Shown here piece by piece: positions 26,101-36,067 of a stretch of 62,804 nt of DNA. A program made the translations under genes and the position numbers. The DNA is taken from the NCBI GenBank assembly GCA_031835245.2, contig JAVKOQ020000086.1:124001-186804 (forward strand), read 5' to 3'. The notes under the pieces were generated by a model that did not search any database, was not told where the DNA came from, and saw only the letters and a program-made list of their open reading frames with translations. How positions within the stretch are numbered: position 1 is the stretch's first letter; the number at the start of each line of letters is the position of its first letter. The DNA comes from Balamuthia mandrillaris (Eukaryota).

Positions 26101-26891
26101 AAAACGATTATCGGATAGCTCCAATCTCAAACCTGATCCCGAAAGTAGAAGAGCGAGAAGGGAAAACGAACGAAGATGAACGTGTCGAAAAGACAGAGAA
26201 CGAAAAGAACGAAAAAGAAAACCAAGAGAAGGATTATGCGGAAGTAAAAGAAGTTACAGAAGAGGAAATAGCAGAAACGGAGAAAGGAGATTATGAACCA
26301 GAGGAGGACGAAGAGAATATTGGAGAATCTTCTTTGCAGGATGAACAGGTAGAAGAAACCATACAAGAAGAGGAAGAGGAAGTAGCCACAACACCAAGGC
26401 GAGGAAGAGGCAGACCAAGAGGCAGCACAAAAGCTAGGGGCAGAGGAAGGGGAAGAGGCAGAGGAGGGCGAGGAAGCAGAGGCGGAAGAGGAAGCAGAGG
26501 TGGTAGAGGACAAGGCAGAGGAGGAAGAGAAGGCACAGCAACAACAGCAGAACAAGATGCCGATGTAGAAATCGAACGAGAGCATGAAGAGAGTGAACAT
26601 GACAGGAAAGAAGAGATGGAGAGACACAACGATGGAGAGTATGGTGATGAGCGAGAACACCGGCTAAGAACACCGTCACCAGCGCCAAACAGCAAGCAAC
26701 AAAATGAACAAGGATCGAGCAGCAGTAGCGCGTTATCGTCCAGCGAAGAGAATCAACAACAAATAAGCAAGTTAGAGAAGCTAAAACGTGCGTTACGCGT
26801 ACGTCTGCCGACGGCCATGGCCGAAGAGGAGAAAGATGCCTTCCTGCAAAGCATCATCGACTATTTGACCGCCGATTGGTATCAATGCTGA
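21251..26891 (+). CDS. BAH domain + MPN+/JAMM metalloprotease (MPND/MYSM1-like) + AT-hook protein, multi-exon
   Basis: BAH (YIRGDFVYL..YVAQILEMWE..RWFYRPAE) and JAMM (HEVIGFLGG..VGWYHSHPLFQPDPSVR|DIQTQ). Long disordered tail with RRGRGRPRGS AT-hook and RGG repeats. Confidence 0.82.
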
Positions 26892-26992
26892 CATCTATAT
26901 AACAAAGGTTTTTTCTTTTTCTTTTTTTTTTTGTGTGTGTTTTGGTTTCAACATGGTTCGCATCTTTTATCAGGGAAGCAGCTCTTATGCGT

Positions 26993-27024
<32 letters not shown>

Positions 27025-27140
27025 TTGTCGACAATAGATTTTGTCGACATTTAACTTTTTTGATTGTTGATTGCTTTGAAACAATTCAATTGAAATCAAA
27101 TCATTGGTCCGCCGGAAGAAATTAAACCAATTATGGGAAT

Positions 27141-27162
27141 GGGTATTGAAATTTCAATACCC
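27141..27162. promoter_or_regulatory. Perfect 22-bp palindrome upstream of the sterol desaturase gene
   Basis: GGGTATTGAAATTTCAATACCC is its own reverse complement and lies about 80 bp upstream of ATG 27241. The regulatory role is inferred. Confidence 0.45.
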
Positions 27163-27240
27163 CAAAATAAAATAAAAAACGGAAATTAAAGAAAAAAAAT
27201 TTTAAAAAAGAAAAGAAAAGAAGAAGAGGAGAAGAGAGAG

Positions 27241-28391
27241 ATGGAGGCGTGGTGGCAGGGACTGACGGAGCGCTTCTCCGATAGGACGCTCTTTGCGTTC
27301 TCCTCATTGCTGCACTCGGCCGTGTTCTTCGGGCTGAACTTCTTGCTGCACCTGGCGCACCGCCGCAACCTCTTCCAGCGCTACAAGATCCAGAAGCACA
27401 AGTACCCCTCCCCCGAGCTGCTGCGGAAGGCCCTGTGGAACGTGGTGCCGAAGCACGTCACCGCCCCTGTGGTGCTCTGGTTGACATGGCCCGTTTTTCA
27501 GATGTGCGGCGTCCACACAGGTACTTTTTTCTTTTTTTCATTTTATTTTTTCTTTTTTTTCTTTTTCTTTTTTTCTTTTTTCTTTTTTTTCTTTTTTCTT
27601 TTTTTCTTTTTTTTTCATTTTATTTTTTATTCTTTTTTTCTTCATTTTTTCATTTAATTTTTTTTATTTTTTTATTTTTTCATTTCATTTTTTTTGTTCA
27701 GATTCTTTTCCATCGATGCTGGAAGTAGTTGGGCACATATTCGTCTATATTATCATCCAGGACACGCTCTTCTACTGGAGCCATCGTCTCTTGCACACCT
27801 CCAAATGGCTCTACAAGAACGTGCACAAGCAGCACCACGAGTTCTACACCCCTGTTGGCATATCCGCTGAATACGCGCACGGTCTTGGTCAGCACTTCTT
27901 CCTCTTCCTTCGTCGCTTCTCTCTTCTCTCTTCTCCCGTTCTGCTCTCTACTTCTCTTCTTTCTTCTCTTTTAGTGTTCTGCGGCTTTCTCTTCCCTCTT
28001 CCACTCTCCTCGTTCTCTCATTCACCTTTTGTTTTCAACAGAGGATTTCTTCAACACGACGGCGATGTTGGCGGGACCATTGCTGCTCGGCTGCCACCTG
28101 TTTACATTGTGGGTGTGGGTTTTCCTTCGCATATGGGAGACGGTGGACGCTCATAGCGGCTACTCCTTCCCCTTGTGGCTCTCACCCTGGTCCTTGTTGG
28201 AGGTTGCAGACTCTCATGACTTTCACCACTCCCACAATCAAGGCAGCTTTGGCTCCTTCTTTGGCACATGGGATTGGCTCATGGGCACTGACGTTGCCTT
28301 CAACGAATGGAAGAAGAAGCAAACTGCTGCGCCAACTACATCTGACCGACCAAAGGAAAAGAAGATTGACGCCGATGCGAAGAACAAGTGA
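27241..28391 (+). CDS. Sterol desaturase / C-4 methylsterol oxidase-like (fatty acid hydroxylase superfamily), 3 exons
   Basis: His boxes FYWSHRLLH, HKQHH, DAHSGY and HDFHH. YKIQ motif near the N-terminus. Introns at about 27521-27701 and 27881-28042. Confidence 0.92.
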
Positions 28392-28537
28392 TACTGCAAC
28401 TGCTTACAATCTTCTTAGTTTCTTTTTCTCATTTCATTGTGTTTTTATTCTTCCTCAACATCAGCTCAGTTTATCCTTTCTATTACTCTGTTTTCTCTAT
28501 GGCACTGTGTTTGTTCTTGCTTACTTGCTCTCGCTCC

Positions 28538-28592
<55 letters not shown>

Positions 28593-28613
28593 ATTCTTTA
28601 TTCTTTTGTCATT

Positions 28614-31600
28614 TTACAACTTAAATACTTCGCTCTTATTAAATAGATAAAACATAGAGACAGTGTGTTCTTTGATGAAGAACATGACTGCAGACGTTAT
28701 CATCGAATGCAGCAGTTTCATCTTCAATCCGCGATGGTACATTGGTAACACCTCTCCAAAGATACTTATCACCATTCCACATCTCATTTGGTGGCGATAC
28801 CGAGGTAATTGCTTTCCTTCTTCATCTTCCTCTTCGTCGCCTTTATCTTTGAGGTTTCTGATCTCTCGAAAGTCAGAAGTTGGACACAAAAGAAGACCGG
28901 CTTGATGTCTAACTCGCAAAACTTGGATGGGGTATGTCAACGTTGTGGCTATCATTGATGACAACGCGCCGAGAGACAGGCTCAGTAACGGGAACGACAT
29001 GTGGAGTTGAGTGGACTGCAGGAATGGGACCCCATTGCTATCCACTGCGAAGAACTCCATGGCGAATCCTTCCAACATTACGTATACGTTGGACTGCACG
29101 ACTGGAAACAAAATCATCACCTAGGACGATGACAGGACATTAGGAAGGGCAGAACAAGGGAGGATTAGAAGAAGCAGAAGGAAACGGGGAATGCATGAAG
29201 AAGATGGGATGAAGAAAGAGAGAAACAAACCAAGTTAGGGAAAAGACCTCGCCAAAAGCCAACAAATCCTTCTTCCTTCCACAACCGTAGCACTTCATCA
29301 GAAAAACCCACACAATTTTCTGATGAGGGTGACGCAACTTGCAACCGAGTGATAATGACCCAAAGCGGTGTTGACACCAACACGTTCGCCACTCCACCCA
29401 TAAAAGCAGGTATCCAGCTCGTCGTTATCGTCCAGTTCTCACCATCTTCATCTGAGGAAGAGGATATAGCCGAAGAAGAGAAAGAAACAGATGAAGAGTA
29501 GGATGACATGGCGTGAAATACCAACCAAAAGATAAAGCTCGACAGACCGGCAGTCAAAATAGACAACATTCTTCCAGGCACGGATGATGAAGAGGAAGAG
29601 GAAGAAGAAGAATGTTCATGCGGCGTTTGTTGACCGCTATTGTTGGTTTGTTGCACGATAATACCAGCTGCTTGTTGGACGTGTTTCAAAAGGAGGCTGT
29701 AAGCAACGGCTTGACAAACCATTGCTCCCAACGCTCCTCCCAATGCTTTCACAAAGACTGAAGGCTCTTTGCCTTCTTCTTCTTCTTTGTTTCCTGCTTC
29801 ATTTTCATCTTCGCGACGATCGTGACGATGAGGAGAAGCATATGAAGGCAGAGATGAAGAAACAATTTTCTTCAACAGAACGCGACGCAAGATGTCCACT
29901 TCACCGACAGTGCTTTTCCACAGAGGGCCTCCTGTTTGTGCTGGCAAGAATCTGGCATACCCATCTCCTCCTTCTGCTAGCCACTCCGTCACAACTATCC
30001 ATATCCCATCCTCATCATTTACTTCCTTCCATACTTCTCCTTCCTCGTCATCTTCTTTTTGCGAATAGTAATGTCGCAACGCTTCGTCCTCTTCATTGCA
30101 TTGCTTCAACACGGCAGCTCTCAGCCAAGTCACTTTTGGTGTGGAGTTGTTGTCGGAGATGCCAAACCGAAGACCGGCTGTTTGCAAGACTGCACCTCCG
30201 TAAGAGGCAGCATCTCCTTCCAGCCCATTCATTACTCGAAGCGAACGTTCTACCATTTGACGGAGTTCTCCTCCTGTTGCCTTCAACATGACCAACTGGT
30301 TGTTCCATGGCAGCATCTCGCGAACGTGTCTGTCATGCAGCGGGCCGCTCCAAAGTTGAGATCGAATTGACCCTGATTCACGAAGAGCGATCACCAGTTC
30401 TGTTTCTTGAAGGAGTGAAGATGACGAGACTTCGCAAAGAGCATACCGGCGCATCGCGTCAGCAATGAACTTGCCCATTACGCATGGTCCCACTCTGCAA
30501 GAAGTTCGACTGTCGCTCAGCAACGTCCTTCCGACTTCTTGTTCTCGATCTTGCAGCTTATTCCTCCTCTTCTTCTTCTCTTTCTGTTTATTCCTACGCT
30601 GCACCATTTTGTCGTCTGCATCGTTATTCTCTGCTGAAACGATAGACTCGTGTCTATTTTGGATGATGGCCAATAGAGGACCCAACTGCAAAGCGTTCAA
30701 TCGAGGTTGCAACCATTCATGAACGCTCTGTTTGGTTGCAGTATGGTGAAGACGCAGCTTCTCCTCCTCCTTCGCTACTTCCACATCCATAATCACAACA
30801 TTTTCCTTCATCGCACGAAGAGCGTTCCGCTTTGACTTTGACGGAAGTGTCTCTACTCCATCTATCTCTTCCTTCCATACAAGACCGACCAACCCAAGGT
30901 ATTGCATGGAGTGGCCCGCATGAATCACTAATACCGAACCGCTTCTCCCTTCTCCTTCTCCTTCTTCAACGTGTAAGGCATGTGCATGGCCACCAAGAAT
31001 CACATTAATCAGTCCTTTCGTGCGAGCTGCAAGGAACGAGTCCAGTTCAACCCCTCCGTGGCCTAGCAGAATTACCGCATCGCAACCCTTTCTACGCAGC
31101 TCCTTTGCTTCCTCTCTTACCAACTCCAAAATGTGGTTCCTTTCGCTCACTCCAGTGAGCATTGCCGACTCTGCATCCGTATACCCCATCACCCCAATCT
31201 TCTTTGCGTGACTTGCTTCGTCATCGATGTTGACGATGACAGAGGGCTTGACTCCATTCGCTTTGACATTGACAGAAAGCACAGGAAAACCAGCACTTTG
31301 CACGAACGCTGGAATATCCGATAAGAACTCCATGTCATGATTTCCAAGGGCCATGGCCTTATAGCCCAATATCCGCATGAGATGAGCCATCCCCAAGGGA
31401 CCGTGTGCAGCGAAGAATTCGGAACCCACAAAAGAATCTCCAGCAGACAGCAGCAACACGGAAGAAGCAGAAGTTGACAATTGGCGATGCATAGTAAGAA
31501 GATCTAGATGAGCGGCGAGCAAAGGAGCCAAAGAGACGTGACCATGAACATCGCTGTTGAAGGCGATGAGGAGGTCTGCAGAGCCAACAAAGGAGGGCAA

Positions 31601-33489
31601 CGGCGATGATAATGTGATAATAGGAAGAGAAGTCGAGGAAGAAGATGAGGGAGAGAGAATCAGATTGCTGTCAGGAACCACGATAACCGTTCTCGGGTTG
31701 TGAACAGCGAGAGAGAGGAAATGAGATTCGTCTGGCGGTTCGTTCGTTTGAGGAGGAAGCAACGCAATAGGAGAAGAGGTTGGGGCGGGTGAAGCTTCAA
31801 AGGAAATACTTCCCAACTCGCACTTGATAGCAACCGCGCTTGTTTGCAAACTTCCGGCGTGGGCGCTTCTTGCTATGTTGCCCGAAGCAGGAGAAGAACA
31901 AGTTGCTATGTTCGAGGCTTTGAGTCGTTCGATGGCCTCATCAGCGAGTTTGGAGAATCGTCCCACAACGTCGTCATTCGCGTCTTTATTGTCTCCCTGC
32001 GCAACTACAACGTGGCATGATGGACCTGCTTCGGCGGAAAGATGTTCCACAAAGTCCATCACCTTTCCTTCCACTTTGGCCAGAGCTAACTGCATCCTCG
32101 TTGAATGCATTCCATCAGGATCAAACAATGACCACAACGCGGTGGAGTTTGCCTCCTTCCCTCGTCCTTGTGGGTGAAGGGGAGGATGTCGAAGCAAAGC
32201 GACAAACCCAGAACCCCTGCAATGCAGAAACTCCTCCGAAGAGTCACAAAGACAGGGAGCAAGGCTGGCCTGCCATCCCGTTCGAAACAAGGAGAGGTCC
32301 CCATGGCAAGTGTCTCTCCCTCCAGACATTGCCAAGGGCAGCTGCATCAGCTGCTGATGAGTGAGGGAAAGGAGATGTTCAGTGTCACGAACGCCGATGG
32401 GGAGGCGGGCTTGCACGTTGTCGCGCAGGTCTAGTATTTCAAATGTTGTCGTCTCGTTGTACTCAACAAATACGTGGGAAAGATACTGTAAGAAGGTGAC
32501 CACGAGAAAGTTCAGTGGCGCAGCTGCTGGCGCAAAAGAAAAGCGGAGGATACTAACCTGAACACTATCATAGCCGGCCTCGCGAGCTTTCACACGCACG
32601 AAAGGATTCACCACGTGAATTTGATGTCGTTCAGCTGGCACAGTGCTGCTCTCGTTTGTAACACACCTCCACCCTCCGCCAAAGTGATTGCATGCCTCAA
32701 CATGAGTGCTGTTGTTTTCTTAAATGAGCTGCGGAGAACGAGAAAGAGCAAGGAAGAAAAGAAGAGAGGCTGAGGATAGAAGTGAGACAAAGAGAGAGTA
32801 AAAAGAGCAGAACTAAACTGAAAAACAATTGTTTTGCCGAGGTTGTAGAAGATGCCTGTGCCAACGTTGAAGAACATCCAAAACCCTTCTGGAAGGTACT
32901 CGCAGCATCTATGAGTAACTTCTACCCACGACCCCGAAGGTATGCCCTGTGGAAACCTTCTCAGAAAAGGCCCTGATTTGTGCTGTTTCCCCCGTTCCAT
33001 ATCTCCAAATGCGTGAATGGTGTAACCATGGTCTTCTGGTTTGAGGCTTCTAAATGACTCCAGATAGACATCCCCGAATCTTACCTCAGCCCGTCGCATA
33101 CGGTCATGTAAATAACGTGCATACACGGTGCGTATGTCTTGTTTCAACCTGAGCGGGAGATGACGATGGTAGAAGAAGGTGAAGTTTCGCGTGTCGATGG
33201 GAAAGCCAAGGAGATGAGGGCCGCCGTAGACGGAGGAAAGGTAGAGGAGCCACTCTGGTTCCTGGAGGAGCTGCTGCTCGTTCCCAAAGAGAGGAAAGGC
33301 CAAGGCGCGGGTGCCGTAGAAGTTTGGTCCCCATTCAACACAGCTGTGTGCAATCGAAGGTGCCAGAGGCGTTTCTGCGCCTATTGCAGCGCAACTCAAG
33401 CAAAGCAGCGCAAAAACTGTGAGTGCGAGGTGGCGTTGCATCCGTATCGATGCGCATCGGTTCTCCTCCTTCCACCCTAGAACTAGCAT
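28614..33489 (-). CDS. Fusion protein: signal peptide + uncharacterised domain + 5'-nucleotidase/apyrase + SLC25 (PMP34-like) carrier
   Basis: Exons 33489-32819, 32708-32558, 32485-29231 and 29120-28614 join in frame through GT-AG introns. Metallophosphoesterase motifs SDVHG, AGD, LGNHD, GH, GGHAH. 5'-NT C-domain (GKFIADAMR, ESGSIRS, LPWNN, LAEGGDGY). Carrier motifs STPLWVIITRLQ, EEGFVGFWRGL, TYPIQVLRVRHQ. The start may be Met 33441. Confidence 0.8.
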
Positions 33490-33639
33490 CCGCCTCACCT
33501 AGTTCCGCCGAAAGGCACACTGTCGACACAAAACATTTTTTCGATTATTGATCGGATTGATTATTTGTCGCCTAAATTTAAAAGTTTGTAATTTTTTCGA
33601 AATATTGTGATATATTTCCGATTTAGTATCGCAATAAAC

Positions 33640-33762
33640 CTCCGGCGTGCCTAATCACGGCTTGTCTTACGACTCGCTATAAGCAACGGTGCCGGCACCA
33701 AAGCAACCTTACCGCCTACCGCCCCCTCACAGAGGAGGAGGAGGTGGTGGTAAGTGCTTGTA
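33640..33762 (-). ncRNA. Putative Fanzor omegaRNA scaffold / element right end, overlapping the ORF stop
   Basis: Long stem CAAGCA-CTTACC..CCTCCTC/TGT/GAGGGGG..GGTAAG-TGCTTTG spans the stop codon. It is followed by GGTGCCGGCACC, TTGCT-TAT-AGCGA and GTC-GTAA-GAC (GNRA loop), then a switch to AT-rich host DNA near 33640. The position matches known TnpB/Fanzor omegaRNAs. Exact ends are unknown. Confidence 0.65.
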
Positions 33763-35455
33763 ACGTAAAAAAGCGGATCAAGATGTTTCGGGAGGCGTTG
33801 GCATCTCGATCGGCCTGGTAGCCACACTCGGGTTGGGGGCACCGAAAGGTCTTGTTTCCCCCCAACTGGTGGTGGACTTGGCCGCACTTGCCGCAGGTCT
33901 TGGAGGTGTATTCCTCATCGCAGAGGCAGACCGTACAGGACGGAAATTGCTTGGCCTTGTTGAGGAGCCTCTGCCTGAAGCTATAGTGGGACCAGGTGAG
34001 CATGGCTCTGGCCGTTCGTGAGCCAATGCGTCGGTGGCCTCGCCGCACCATCTGCTGGCTCCTGAACTCTGGCAGAAGGATGAGGGAGAAGTTCCTGACC
34101 AACCAAGACACGAGCTTCTTGTGGAGGTCATCCACCAGGTTGCGGATCCTCTGGCGAAGCCGAGCAGCGGCCCTTCGGAGACGGCGCCGTTGCCTGTGGT
34201 TGACCTTGGTGCCCTTACTCTGCATGCGGTCCAGGCGGTGGCACAGCTTGCCTATCTCGTTGATGTCCGCTTTGCCCCACTCGGTGACCTCCCCGCAGCC
34301 GTTGTAGGTGGTCATGAATGTGCGCACTCCTGGATCCAAGGCGATGATGCCTGCCTCTCTCCTTCGGTGCTCACGGACTTGGCTCTCGCCCATGAGCTTC
34401 AAAGGCTGAGGCACACAGAGGTAGTAATGGCCCAGTCGAGTGTCTTTCACCAGACGAACGGCATAGAGCACCTCCGACGGAACTTTGTAGTTCTTGTCCC
34501 TCGCTTTGATTCGCGTCTCCCCGAAGAAGAGTTGGCGGATGGACTTGCTGTGGTTCCACTCCCTGGCTTGGATGCTGAGAGACTGGCTCTTGTCCTTCCG
34601 ACCACGGAACTTCATCTTGAATCCAGTCCTGCCCGCCGCCAAGCTGGTTTTCACGCCGTTGAAGAAATCATCGACGGCGTCACTGCGAATGTATCGAGGA
34701 GTTTCCAACACCCACGCAAGGCTCTTGTCCTCTCCGTTGAAATTGCCGTTATTCAGGAATTTCTCCCTGACTTGTTCCTTCATCTCCTTAAGAGGCATTC
34801 CTTTATGTTCACGATGAAACTCCACGGCCTTGTTGTAGGTCCATCGTACTGTGCCGAACCACTTGGCCAGCGTCTTCTTTTGTTCCGAGCGCGGATAAAG
34901 GCGGATCTTCTCCAATCGCCCCACTACCGGTTTCTCCTCTCCATTCTTGCCTTTTTTGGTGAGCTGTACGGCTGGGCGAGACGGAACGAGTCCCTCGATG
35001 AGGCCTAACAAGCCTTTCTGGTTTTTCTCCTCTTCTTCCTTCTCCTTCTCCTTCTCCTCTTCCTCTTCCTCCTTCTTCTCCTTCTCCTTCTTCTCCTCCT
35101 CCTCCTCCTCCTCCAACACCTTTTCTCCGTTAGGAATGTGCTTGCAGGCGGTGAACCATCCTGAACCACAGGCAAAGGGTTCTTCCAAGCACAAGGCTTC
35201 TGGGCGTATTAATCTTCTCCCGATTTCGCTGGAAAACTGGTTCCAAAAGGGCTGGGCGGGTGCAGCCTGCGGCCTTCCACGCTTCTGTGCCCTTGCCTGA
35301 GGTGCCGCTGGGGCGTTTTCCGCTCTTCTTTTCCGAGTAGCAGTGGGAGTAGAAGAAGTAGTGGTGCGACCCCCTTCCTTGTGGACCCGACCGAAGTGAA
35401 CGGCCAACCCGTGAGAGGTAGCAAACTTTTTTCGGCACTGTGGGCAACTTGCCAT
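33716..35455 (-). CDS. Fanzor2 (IS607/TnpB-derived RNA-guided endonuclease) with N-terminal C2H2 zinc finger, 579 aa
   Basis: OrfB-type HTH (KIRLYP..QKKTLAKWFGTVRWTYN), MKFRGRK, RuvC-I IIALDPGVRTF (D374), Pro at the canonical RuvC-II position (ILLPEF), alternative Glu in DEEYTSKTCGKCG (E514), Zn ribbon FRCPQPECG, RuvC-III DRDANASRNI (D551). N-terminal CPQC-x12-H-x4-H. Intronless with no stops. Confidence 0.95.
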   Translation of the reverse strand: MASCPQCRKKFATSHGLAVHFGRVHKEGGRTTTSSTPTATRKRRAENAPAAPQARAQKRGRPQAAPAQPFWNQFSSEIGRRLIRPEALCLEEPFACGSGWFTACKHIPNGEKVLEEEEEEEKKEKEKKEEEEEEKEKEKEEEEKNQKGLLGLIEGLVPSRPAVQLTKKGKNGEEKPVVGRLEKIRLYPRSEQKKTLAKWFGTVRWTYNKAVEFHREHKGMPLKEMKEQVREKFLNNGNFNGEDKSLAWVLETPRYIRSDAVDDFFNGVKTSLAAGRTGFKMKFRGRKDKSQSLSIQAREWNHSKSIRQLFFGETRIKARDKNYKVPSEVLYAVRLVKDTRLGHYYLCVPQPLKLMGESQVREHRRREAGIIALDPGVRTFMTTYNGCGEVTEWGKADINEIGKLCHRLDRMQSKGTKVNHRQRRRLRRAAARLRQRIRNLVDDLHKKLVSWLVRNFSLILLPEFRSQQMVRRGHRRIGSRTARAMLTWSHYSFRQRLLNKAKQFPSCTVCLCDEEYTSKTCGKCGQVHHQLGGNKTFRCPQPECGYQADRDANASRNILIRFFTLQALTTTSSSSVRGR

Positions 35456-36067
35456 TCAGGCCAGCTTCCAGCAGCGTTGTGGAAGAGGCGCACAGAGGTT
35501 CGTGATGCTGTTCTTTTTTAAACAAAAGAAATCATTAGTGAGTGGTTGGTAACAAATTTTTTTTCCATCATCAAAAAATGTAGTGAGCGAGCAGAGAAAA
35601 AAGAACGCTACCTTTTCAATCGGAGCGGTGCCCCTGCCTGCTGCTGAACCGCTTCGGTTTCCACCTGTGCCTCCTTCCGCCGCTGGTTTCCTCCTTGTGT
35701 AGTAGAAGCGTAGCAATGAGAAATACGGTGGTGCGTGGAGCTTCGTGGATGTGTGTGTCTGTGTGTTTACTTTTGAAAAGAAAGAAACGACAAGAAAAGA
35801 AGAGAAGAAAAGAAAACGAGTAGCAGAAAAGTGTCAAGGCGAATGACGAGTACCAAAAGTTTATTGGCGGCAGCAGCATGAGCATCCATTCCATTCACCC
35901 CACCCCACACCCCAACCCACCACTTTGCCTTCGAAGACGTGGGAGAAGGAAGGGTTGTTTTGGCGGGAAAAATGCTCATTGGCCCAAAAGACGAATGTCG
36001 GGATTTCTTTTTTGTTGTCCTTAGATCTTATGATCTTTGCGTCGCCTTACAAGCAACACTGGTGTAA

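Noticed and set aside
34034..35008. 324-aa plus-strand ORF antisense to the Fanzor, considered as a possible transposase
   Set aside because: No serine-recombinase, DDE or HUH motifs. It is an antisense shadow of a GC-rich CDS.
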